From Candidatus Enterousia sp. (lineage in GTDB: Bacteria; Pseudomonadota; Alphaproteobacteria; Rs-D84), in the NCBI GenBank assembly GCA_045530935.1, contig JAZSDC010000034.1, forward strand, positions 875-64,874: DNA of 64,000 nucleotides, in the 5' to 3' direction. Shown piece after piece: positions 9,157 to 17,118 of the stretch. The notes under the pieces were generated by a model. It was not told the DNA's origin. It did no database searches and worked only from the letters and a program-made list of their open reading frames with translations. The first letter of the stretch is position 1. The number at the start of each line of letters is the position of its first letter. The position numbers and the translations under genes are program-made.

Positions 9157-10344
9157 ATGGGGGATAAATTGAGTAGATTAGCATTTTCATTATACGGTTT
9201 CGCATTTTTTAATAAATTTTTGTTGTTGACCCCTGTTTATACAATATTTATGCTGGCAAACGGTGTCAGCGATTTGCAGCTGTCCACAATGTTTATTTTT
9301 TCGTCTTTGGGAACAATTTTTGGCCAGGTGCCCATTGCATTTGCGGCCAATCATTTTGGGCGCAGGATTACCATGATAATTGGTCAGTTGTTAAAAATGA
9401 CTGCTATATTATTGTGGTTGTATATACCTGTTTACACGGGCTTTGTTATTGGTATGGTGTTATGGGGTATTCAGTCTGGTGCACGCAGTGTCGCATTCGA
9501 GGGCTTGGTTTATGACACTGTTCGTGCAAATGGGCGTGCGCGTGATTACTCGCGAATTTTGGGGCGAAAATCTACATACGAAGCGCTTGGGGTAACATTT
9601 TCGGCAGCTGGTTCATTATTGATGTTTTTAGGATATGGGTGGGTTACATGGTTGTCCGTATTGGGGTTGGTGTTGTCAATTGTGTGTTTGTTGATGTTTC
9701 CAAAATCTTCTGGAATCAAGGAAAAGAAAATCCAATCAGGTCATCTGATTAAATTGATGAAGACCGGATTTAAACTATGTCTTAAGACGCCCTGTTTATT
9801 ATCAATAATGCTGTTTACGATATTGATGGTCAACATTCCATTTTTGGATGATTTTTTAAGTCCTATTGCTATGCAGCTTGGGATACGTGCAGAATATGTT
9901 GGTATTGTGTCCTTCTTCCTGTTGTTGTGTGCGACCACTGGTCAACGCTTGGCGTATCGCTTTTCTCGTATGTCTGACATTGCGGTATATTTATTAGTTG
10001 GCTTGGTTGGGGCGTTATATGTATGTTTTGCGGCATTATATACAAAAGATGCTTTGTGGATTTTGGGGATTGCCTATATGATTTTCTATGGTTTATTTAC
10101 TTTGTTATATTCAAGGTTCCAGCACTTGATACCCCGTCGTAACAGAACGATAGTATTGTCATTATATACCACATTAACATATCTGGTTTATATAATGGTT
10201 TGTGGTATTATTGGACTGGGCAGCAGCCTTGGCAGTTGGCGTTACAGCATAATGATACTTGGTATATTATTGTTTATTTTATGTGGTTGGGGGATTGGAT
10301 TCCTAAGATATAGATGCAAAATTTCAATTGGATGTACGGAATAG
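9157..10344 (+). CDS. MFS-type transporter
   Basis: About 12 predicted TM segments in a 6+6 arrangement; 395 aa. Confidence 0.6.
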   Translation: MGDKLSRLAFSLYGFAFFNKFLLLTPVYTIFMLANGVSDLQLSTMFIFSSLGTIFGQVPIAFAANHFGRRITMIIGQLLKMTAILLWLYIPVYTGFVIGMVLWGIQSGARSVAFEGLVYDTVRANGRARDYSRILGRKSTYEALGVTFSAAGSLLMFLGYGWVTWLSVLGLVLSIVCLLMFPKSSGIKEKKIQSGHLIKLMKTGFKLCLKTPCLLSIMLFTILMVNIPFLDDFLSPIAMQLGIRAEYVGIVSFFLLLCATTGQRLAYRFSRMSDIAVYLLVGLVGALYVCFAALYTKDALWILGIAYMIFYGLFTLLYSRFQHLIPRRNRTIVLSLYTTLTYLVYIMVCGIIGLGSSLGSWRYSIMILGILLFILCGWGIGFLRYRCKISIGCTE

Positions 10345-10386
10345 GGCAATGTTCCTGTACATATTTCCGCAATATTCTTGTAAAGT

Positions 10387-11064
10387 ATGGGTATGAAAAT
10401 TAATTTTCGTACCCTTTTTCTAAAGTCTATACCGTATCTGATGTCAATTGCAGGTGGTATTGTTTTATATACAGGGGCAATTGATAATGCGCCCAATGAA
10501 AATATTCGTGATTTGGTTATAAATGTTTCTGCGTCCTTGCTGTCGATACCGCTGGTTTTTTTGCTGTACGATTATACGAATTCTCGTGTTGCAAACCAGG
10601 TGCGCCGAAATCTTGCAAACAGTATGACGGATAAACTAAATATCTTAATGTTAAGTATAATTGCTCTCTTGCGCGAGTCTATGGGGGTACGCAGCAGATT
10701 GAGCACAGAAAATCTTAATCGCATGTTGACATGGCGCGCGCCTGAGATAGCACGTCGCTTGAAATTGAACAGACGTATCCTAGGACGCTTGCATGAATGC
10801 CACGACGCCCTAGATAATTTATTATATCGTGACAGTCAAAATTCTGTGCTAAATACAGAGCAAAATCGTATTTTGTCATTATTGGCGCGCGATATGACAC
10901 ACTTAATAAATGAAAATAAATTTCGTCACAATCAGCATGTTTCCGCAAAATATATAGAATCCATGATGGGACGAATACTTGATTGGTTGGATTCAGACAG
11001 TGTTGCAGAAATGAATCTGGCGCAACATTTGTCTGATTCAGAAGCCAATAATAAAATTAAATAA
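10387..11064 (+). CDS. Hypothetical membrane-anchored protein
   Basis: An ORF with two N-terminal hydrophobic segments and no recognisable domain. Confidence 0.4.
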   Translation: MGMKINFRTLFLKSIPYLMSIAGGIVLYTGAIDNAPNENIRDLVINVSASLLSIPLVFLLYDYTNSRVANQVRRNLANSMTDKLNILMLSIIALLRESMGVRSRLSTENLNRMLTWRAPEIARRLKLNRRILGRLHECHDALDNLLYRDSQNSVLNTEQNRILSLLARDMTHLINENKFRHNQHVSAKYIESMMGRILDWLDSDSVAEMNLAQHLSDSEANNKIK

Positions 11065-11171
11065 TAAGAAAAGTAGTGTTTTTTTTCTTGCATTTTAATT
11101 TTTTTTATGTAAAAATTGTCCTCGACCTTTGGAAAAAGGATTGAAAAATTCTTTATTCCAGGTCCGTTTTC

Positions 11172-11247
11172 GGGGACATAGCTCAGTTGGTAGAGCAAAT
11201 GACTTTTAATCATTGGGTCCAGGGTTCGAGTCCCTGTGTCCCCACCA
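11172..11247 (+). tRNA. tRNA-Lys (anticodon UUU)
   Basis: I folded the cloverleaf by hand: acceptor GGGGACA/TGTCCCC, anticodon loop CTTTTAA, T-loop TTCGAGT, 3' CCA encoded. Confidence 0.9.
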
Positions 11248-11252
11248 GAAAT

Positions 11253-11400
11253 TCAACGACCGCTTGCTGGTCGTTTTGTTTTTATTGAAAAAAATTGCAT
11301 TTTATGATACAATACACATATTCAGCGGACGACATTTTGTCGTCTTTTTTATTGCCCGCACACGCGGGTGTTTTTTATTTAATCAAAAGGAGTTGTTATG
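11253..11400 (+). repeat. Copy 1 of a ~140-bp promoter plus dual-hairpin leader module
   Basis: It reads: terminator hairpin aacgacc..ggtcgtt+T-run, -35 TTGAAA at 11285-11290, 17-nt spacer, -10 TACAAT at 11308-11313, hairpin gacgac-atttt-gtcgtc+T6, hairpin cccgc-acac-gcggg+T6, then an RBS and ATG. A near-identical copy lies at 12317..12456. Confidence 0.6.
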
Positions 11401-11413
11401 AGCGATATTTGAT

Positions 11414-11665
11414 ATGGGACTTATGAGTAATTTTAGAAACGTAGGAAAAATGGTTCAAAAAACATTAAATGATTCAATGGGTGAAAGTTTGAAAGTGGAC
11501 GGAAAGATTGGAAATAATACAATCGGGGCGCTAAATAATATTCCAGAAAATAAAGTCGATAAATTTATGGATGACTTAAAAGAAAACAGATTAGAATATT
11601 TGCAGAGACTGCCGGATTGGAAAAAATATGGTGACGGTTGGAAAAATCGTACAAATACATATTGA
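11414..11665 (+). CDS. Peptidoglycan-binding (PG_binding_3-like) domain fragment, the C-terminal module of GH108-type lysozymes/endolysins
   Basis: ...VDGKIGNNTIGALNNIPENKVDKFMDDLKENRLEYLQRLPDWKKYGDGWKNRTN matches the usual C-terminal ending of GH108+PG-binding proteins (..W..FG.GW..R). The catalytic part is missing from this ORF. Confidence 0.5.
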   Translation: MGLMSNFRNVGKMVQKTLNDSMGESLKVDGKIGNNTIGALNNIPENKVDKFMDDLKENRLEYLQRLPDWKKYGDGWKNRTNTY

Positions 11666-11697
11666 TTTTGCAGTTCTTTGTTTGCCATAATGTTCGT

Positions 11698-12195
11698 ATG
11701 AAAAAGATGATGATTTTATTGACTTTATTGATTCCTGTGGCTTCATGGGGGCATCCAATCGACGCTTGGATTGATAAAATCATTGAATATGAAACAGCTA
11801 ATAAAAGAACTAACCCTGCCCTTATAAATGCATACGCTGTGAATCAGGAAAAACTGGATATGTATCGGGCGGCCCATCCACGTTTTAATTTCCCAGAACA
11901 TATCAAGGATTTAACGGAACAACAGGCAGAACAAATATTGTATTATTTTTGGGATAATTACAGATTCAGTGATTACAAGTATGACGAGATACTGGAACGG
12001 GTATGGGATTTGATGATACACATGTCAATGGCGGATTTAGATATCGCAATAAACAACTGTATCCGCAAATACTATGATTTTGATGAAAGTTTTTATGCGT
12101 CATTTGGCTCAATTGCATCGGTGCAACTGCTGAACGGAATGGCGCCAAAAAATATTCCGGATTTTCTGACCATATTAAATGCGGTCCAGTATTAA
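11698..12195 (+). CDS. Secreted GH108-like lysozyme-family domain protein
   Basis: Signal peptide MKKMMILLTLLIPVASWG. The motif IKDLTEQQAEQILYYFWDNYRF...VWDLMIHMSMADLDIAINNCIRKYY resembles the GH108 N-terminal domain. Confidence 0.45.
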   Translation: MKKMMILLTLLIPVASWGHPIDAWIDKIIEYETANKRTNPALINAYAVNQEKLDMYRAAHPRFNFPEHIKDLTEQQAEQILYYFWDNYRFSDYKYDEILERVWDLMIHMSMADLDIAINNCIRKYYDFDESFYASFGSIASVQLLNGMAPKNIPDFLTILNAVQY

Positions 12196-12316
12196 ATATC
12201 ATACACAAAGTTTTTGCTATGAATTTGCTTTTGTTGGCATTTATTTCTGGTGATTTTCATTGATTTTGAGTGATTTTCGGGGCGGGGCACATATAAAGAA
12301 AAATATAACAATATTC

Positions 12317-12456
12317 AACAACCGCCTGCTGGTCGTTTTGTTTTTATTGAAAAAATTTTCGTTTTATGATATAATACGCATATTCAGCGGACGACATTTT
12401 GTCGTCTTTTTTATTGCCCGCACACGCGGGTGTTTTTTTACCAAAAGGATTAAACA
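12317..12456 (+). repeat. Copy 2 of the promoter/dual-hairpin leader module
   Basis: Same architecture as copy 1, with -35 TTGAAA at 12347-12352 and a consensus -10 TATAAT at 12370-12375. Its 5' hairpin is degraded. Confidence 0.6.
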
Positions 12457-12620
12457 TGAACAAATTATCAAACAATATACTAAACCTCATGCGCAGCGAC
12501 GCATATTTAAACAGCAACAATCCCAACCACGCTGCTGTCGCCAAACAGATTAGAATATTTGCAGAGACTGCCGGGTTGGGAAAAATATGGTTGTATTTCC
12601 TTGATTATAATTTCCGTTGA
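12456..12620 (+). pseudogene. Frame-shifted remnant related at the DNA level to the 3' end of the 11414..11665 ORF
   Basis: The run aacagattagaatatttgcagagactgccgg.ttgg.aaaaatatggt is shared with 11585..11640 but is read in a different frame here. Confidence 0.4.
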
Positions 12621-12732
12621 AACATGACAACAATTGTGTTATAGTGATACTGATACAGGCGAATATCTGTGTCAAGGCGGATTTAAATCCTAACTTGTCC
12701 TGCCTAAAATGGACTAAAAAAGGAGCATTTAA

Positions 12733-13194
12733 ATGAAAACTTTAAAATATACTGTTCGGGCACCTGTTGCCGATTATCAATCAATTTCCTGTCTGTTTAA
12801 TAATCTAGATTTGATTTTAAGATATCGTGGTGAAATATTATCACAGGAAAGTTTTAGTAATATTTATATCCCTGGTATGTACGTTGGTGGGTTGTACGTT
12901 GGTATGTATCTTTTATCGCTGGGGGATATATTGACATTGTGGGAAAAAACAGAATGGCACACATCAGAAAAATACTATTTTAATATTATTGGTACACCGC
13001 TTAGTGGGATGAATACAGCGCATTGGTACAATACCAATACACAGCAAGTTGAATCAGGGGCATACAATAATGGCAGACTGCAATTCTTGGGGCTGGCGCG
13101 CCCTGCGTTCGATCAGGTACGCCTAAGACGCACAACCACACACAGTGATTTATCTATTTTTGATTTGGTAAAACATTTGTCACGCCAACAATAA
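12733..13194 (+). CDS. Hypothetical protein (153 aa)
   Basis: Intact ORF with no recognised domain; it sits inside the tRNA-Lys-adjacent islet. Confidence 0.4.
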   Translation: MKTLKYTVRAPVADYQSISCLFNNLDLILRYRGEILSQESFSNIYIPGMYVGGLYVGMYLLSLGDILTLWEKTEWHTSEKYYFNIIGTPLSGMNTAHWYNTNTQQVESGAYNNGRLQFLGLARPAFDQVRLRRTTTHSDLSIFDLVKHLSRQQ

Positions 13195-13199
13195 AGAAC

Positions 13200-13472
13200 C
13201 TAGGTAGTCGTTTTTAGTTCATTTAATGTGTCTTGGAATATTTTTGCGAATTCCGCAGGGTTAGTATTTGTTGCTTTTAAAACCTTGATTAATGTTTCTG
13301 TGCTAATCCATCTTGGTTGCCCATTGGCCGAGAATTGCTTGCTGTAATTAAAGGAAGTTGCGTCCAGTCCACTTTTACGCGCCAGACCAGAACAACTTAC
13401 ACCGTTGTTTTTGGCGATGCGGTATATACTTTGCCATAATGCCTTGTGATATTCCATGTTATTTCCTTTCAT
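13200..13472 (-). CDS. Ner/Nlp-like small DNA-binding regulator (Mu Ner / SfsB family HTH), paralog A
   Basis: ...SGLARKSGLDATSFNYSKQF...PRWISTETLIKVLKATNTNPAEF follows the Ner/Nlp pattern (G.spTTL.nAl.r...P..e.i.kaL....eei) as I recall it. Confidence 0.5.
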   Translation of the reverse strand: MKGNNMEYHKALWQSIYRIAKNNGVSCSGLARKSGLDATSFNYSKQFSANGQPRWISTETLIKVLKATNTNPAEFAKIFQDTLNELKTTT

Positions 13473-13599
13473 TATTCAAATAAATCAGATATATACATTT
13501 TAGATAAAAGTGAAATTTGGTCAATGTAAACAATTATAGGTTGAATATTGCCTTTTATATGTTTGCTGTGTGTCAAAAACTTATCCGAATCGTTTTTTA

Positions 13600-13860
13600 T
13601 TAATTTGTATCTGTTTTTGATTTTTTATGATGTTTGTCACAAATTTGTCCAAATTCTTCCATAGTCATATTCAAAGCATCCAGAACCTTGACAACCGTTC
13701 TAAATGATGGATATCTTTGCTTGCCGTATTCATCGTTGCGCTTACTTTTATTGAATATTGTCGCATCTAATCCGCTGTTTATTGCCATCCTAGAAGGGGA
13801 GGTCTGTTGTCGCGCCGCCAATTCGTCTATTGCATCCCACACATTGTGTTGGCTAATCAT
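13600..13860 (-). CDS. Ner/Nlp-like small DNA-binding regulator, paralog B
   Basis: ...MAINSGLDATIFNKSKRNDEYGKQRYPSFRTVVKVLDALNMTMEEF aligns residue for residue with paralog A. Confidence 0.5.
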   Translation of the reverse strand: MISQHNVWDAIDELAARQQTSPSRMAINSGLDATIFNKSKRNDEYGKQRYPSFRTVVKVLDALNMTMEEFGQICDKHHKKSKTDTN

Positions 13861-14020
13861 GATCGTCTCTTTTATATTTATTGCATATGGGGCTTATTAT
13901 GCAATAAATCCTAGACGGTGGCAATAGGTTGGTTTTCTTATTTTGTATACATTGAAATCAATCTGTGCGCGATATGTTGGTGTAAAATCGTGTTTGTTTT
14001 TTGCCTTGTGATGACTTATT

Positions 14021-14197
14021 TTATGTTCTGGCAAAAATCTGATTATCTTCGATTTTCACCGCTTGGCCATTAATCATTATATTTTCTGCAACAACTGGTG
14101 TGCTGGTGTTTATGTTAAACAGAACAGGTGTCTCTAGATTTGACAATGCTAATGTCGTCCACATAGAAAATAAAACAACAACAAATAAACGGTTCAT
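14021..14197 (-). CDS. Small secreted peptide (58 aa), below the ORF-track length cutoff
   Basis: A strong RBS, GGAGGAGCAACC, precedes the ATG at 14197. MNRLFVVVLFSMWTTLALSNLETP... looks like a signal peptide. I translated the frame by hand. Confidence 0.45.
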   Translation of the reverse strand: MNRLFVVVLFSMWTTLALSNLETPVLFNINTSTPVVAENIMINGQAVKIEDNQIFART

Positions 14198-14379
14198 AGG
14201 TTGCTCCTCCTATCTCACTCAGATTACGCCGTCATAAAACGATACAAAATATTTATATTCTTGGGCAAAAATTTTTTGCCAATAAAATTAAATGTTATAA
14301 ATTCTATGTTGCAAAAATGCAAAATCCGTTTAATATAATAAACTTAAAAATGATAAACACTAACCTTGGGGGAACAAAC

Positions 14380-15741
14380 ATGCCAGCAAAAACAGTAAAT
14401 GATATCGTTGCCTTGTGCAAGCGTCGTGGTTTTATCTTTACCGGATCTGAAATTTATGGCGGTCTGGGCGGCGCATATGACTATGGTCCATATGGCGTTG
14501 AATTAATGAAGAATATCCGTAACGCATGGTGGAATTCTATGATTTATTCACGTGATGATATCGAAGGGTTAGATGCGGCATTAATATCAAATCGTTTGTT
14601 ATGGAAATATTCTGGGCACGAGGCAGGCTTTTCCGATCCATTGGTTGAATGTAAAAAGTGCGGTACTCGCATGCGCCAGGATAAAATGAAGGATATGACC
14701 AAATGTGACAATTGTGGCAGCACAGATATCACCGAACCGCGCGCATATCAGTTAATGATGGGGTTGTCTATTGGCGCGACTGCTGATGGCGCGGTTAATG
14801 CGTACCTGCGTCCAGAAACCGCAACAACAACATATACAAATTTCAAAAATGTTTTGGATGCCAAACCACATAAGCTGCCATTTGGTATTGCGCAAATCGG
14901 CAAAGCGTTCCGGAACGAGATTTCGCCACGTGGATTTGTGTTTCGTATGCGTGAATTTGAACAGGCAGAAATGCAGTATTTTGTAAATCCGTCTGATGAT
15001 GAACAGTATCACAAAATGTGGATGGATGCACGTATGGCATGGTGGATAAACGAATTGGGAATACCTGCTGAAAAGTTGCGTTTCATGCCACACGAAAAAT
15101 TAGCACACTATGCCAAGGCTGCGGTTGACATTGAATATGAATTTCCAGATGGTTTTGATGAAGTCGAAGGTATTCATAATCGCCAAGATTTTGACCTGGG
15201 GTCACATACCAAGGCACAATCTGATTTTAAGATTAATGCAAATGTATTAGAAAACAAGGACAGTACAACTAAATTGTCATACAGCGATCCGCAAAGCGGT
15301 CAGAATTTCTTGCCATATGTAATTGAAACCGCAATGGGGGTAAATCGCGCAATGCTGGCAGTGATGATTCAGGCATACGAAGAAGAAGACCTGGGCGAGG
15401 GCAAGTCGCGTACTGTCTTGAAATTAAAACCATCTCTATCACCAGTCAAGGCTGCGGTGATTCCATTGGCACGTAATGTCCCAGAATTGTTAAACATTTC
15501 AAATGATATTGTGGCAACTTTGCGCAAAATGGCGGTTGGACGCATAGAATTGGAAAATTCTGGCAATATCGGTAAAAATTATCGTCGTCATGATGAAATT
15601 GGCACACCGGTATGCATAACTGTTGATCACCAGACAACAGAAGATGGTACTGTCACATTACGTTATCGTGACACAATGGCACAAGAACGTGTCACAATTG
15701 CAGATGTCCCATCAAGGGTATTGCAGATAATAAATTCATAA
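14380..15741 (+). CDS. glyQS: Glycine--tRNA ligase, dimeric alpha2 type
   Basis: MPAKTVNDIVALCKRRGFIFTGSEIYGGLGGAYDYGPYG... is the alpha2 GlyRS N-terminus. GGGGGA precedes the ATG at 14380. Confidence 0.9.
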   Translation: MPAKTVNDIVALCKRRGFIFTGSEIYGGLGGAYDYGPYGVELMKNIRNAWWNSMIYSRDDIEGLDAALISNRLLWKYSGHEAGFSDPLVECKKCGTRMRQDKMKDMTKCDNCGSTDITEPRAYQLMMGLSIGATADGAVNAYLRPETATTTYTNFKNVLDAKPHKLPFGIAQIGKAFRNEISPRGFVFRMREFEQAEMQYFVNPSDDEQYHKMWMDARMAWWINELGIPAEKLRFMPHEKLAHYAKAAVDIEYEFPDGFDEVEGIHNRQDFDLGSHTKAQSDFKINANVLENKDSTTKLSYSDPQSGQNFLPYVIETAMGVNRAMLAVMIQAYEEEDLGEGKSRTVLKLKPSLSPVKAAVIPLARNVPELLNISNDIVATLRKMAVGRIELENSGNIGKNYRRHDEIGTPVCITVDHQTTEDGTVTLRYRDTMAQERVTIADVPSRVLQIINS

Positions 15742-15769
15742 AGAATATTTTATCTTTTAAATTGTTAAA

Positions 15770-15793
15770 TACGCCCCATAATTATGGGGCGTA
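15770..15793. terminator. Bidirectional terminator hairpin (tacgcccc-ataattat-ggggcgta) between glyRS and the DUF378 gene
   Basis: A perfect inverted repeat with AT-rich flanks. Confidence 0.6.
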
Positions 15794-15825
15794 TATGTTG
15801 AACATGAAACTTATTTCGCGTTTTT

Positions 15826-16068
15826 TTAACGGTCGCGTGCCACCGGTCTATCAACAAACATCCATATCAGCCATATCAGTGCGGCGATACCAATGATTGC
15901 ATATACGATATTGCTGGCCAATGTCGCAGGGCCAAACAAAAATGCCACTAAGTCAAATCCAAAGATACCAATCAGTCCCCAGTTCAGGGCACCGATAAAT
16001 GTCAATGGCATAAGAACATAGCTTGTTAGTCCTCTCATCTCTTTTTCTCCTTTTCCAGATTTTTGCAC
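15826..16068 (-). CDS. DUF378-family small membrane protein
   Basis: An 80-aa protein with two TM segments (LIGIFGFDLVAFLFG...). Confidence 0.55.
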   Translation of the reverse strand: MQKSGKGEKEMRGLTSYVLMPLTFIGALNWGLIGIFGFDLVAFLFGPATLASNIVYAIIGIAALIWLIWMFVDRPVARDR

Positions 16069-16164
16069 GTCTTAGTATAAGACATTACTTATTATACTGA
16101 TTTTACAGTGTCTCAACAATCGGAACAAAAACCCAGGAAAGGATTCTTAGACAACAAAAAGATA

Positions 16165-17106
16165 TTATATATGTTGATTTATGTACGCCATAACAGAATT
16201 AATTCTATTAATTGCTTCTGGGTGCAATCCGTACGGACGATAATTTTTTATAATAAATTGATATGCGTGTTTACAGCATATTTTTACATTTTGTGGTCCA
16301 GAATAATTCAGCGCCGCTGCAAACATATTTGGTAACATATTAATCCAAAACCAATTATGAACATCATAAAATACAGAATGTTTATTGCAATAATCAAAAT
16401 AAGCAATTGCAATTTTTAATGGGTCTATATTCAGTATTTTTTTCTGAAATGCGATATTCATAATAGAACCTGCCCTTCGACGATAAACATACAGTTTTTC
16501 AGGAACAAATGTTATACGTTTGATCCATAATCTGTATGCGGGCCAAAAAAATTCATCTTCATGCTTCAAGCCCACAGGAAACTTTATTTTTCTGTGTCGT
16601 ATAATATCTGTACGAAAAATTTTACCCCATGCCGCACCATAGCAAAAATCATGTTCTTGTCTGCTGATATTAAAAGTTGAGTTCCAACGTATTGTAAAGA
16701 AAGAATCGTCAATTTCTTTTAGTTCGTGATTTGCTTCATAAATCACATTTACGCCACAAACAGCGACATCTGATTGATTTTTTTCAATCGCATCCAACAT
16801 GACAGAACATGCGTTTGCCTCAAACATATCATCAGAATCACAAAACATAACGTATTTTGCATGCGCGTGTTTCAGACCATGATTGCGACTATATGACAAA
16901 CCACGATTACGCCAATTGCGAATAATCTTTATTCGTTTGTCTTGTTTTGCGAAATTGCGAACAATTTGCATTGATTTATCGCTGCCACGATCATCAACGC
17001 ATATTATTTCGATATCAGTGCATGTCTGATTTATCAATGACGTCATACATGCTTCGACATATGCTTCTACATTATAAATTGGCACAATAATTGATATTTT
17101 TGGCAT
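16165..17106 (-). CDS. Family 2 glycosyltransferase
   Basis: PKISIIVPIYNVEAYVEACMTSLINQT...CVDDRGSD...FCDSDD are GT2 DxD-type motifs. Confidence 0.8.
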   Translation of the reverse strand: MPKISIIVPIYNVEAYVEACMTSLINQTCTDIEIICVDDRGSDKSMQIVRNFAKQDKRIKIIRNWRNRGLSYSRNHGLKHAHAKYVMFCDSDDMFEANACSVMLDAIEKNQSDVAVCGVNVIYEANHELKEIDDSFFTIRWNSTFNISRQEHDFCYGAAWGKIFRTDIIRHRKIKFPVGLKHEDEFFWPAYRLWIKRITFVPEKLYVYRRRAGSIMNIAFQKKILNIDPLKIAIAYFDYCNKHSVFYDVHNWFWINMLPNMFAAALNYSGPQNVKICCKHAYQFIIKNYRPYGLHPEAINRINSVMAYINQHI

Positions 17107-17118
17107 GTTGCACCCACC

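Noticed and set aside
11253-12456. The 140-bp direct repeats as a DGR TR/VR pair or a CRISPR-like array
   Set aside because: There are only two copies about 1 kb apart. Their differences are scattered rather than A-specific, and each copy carries promoter and terminator signals instead of spacers.
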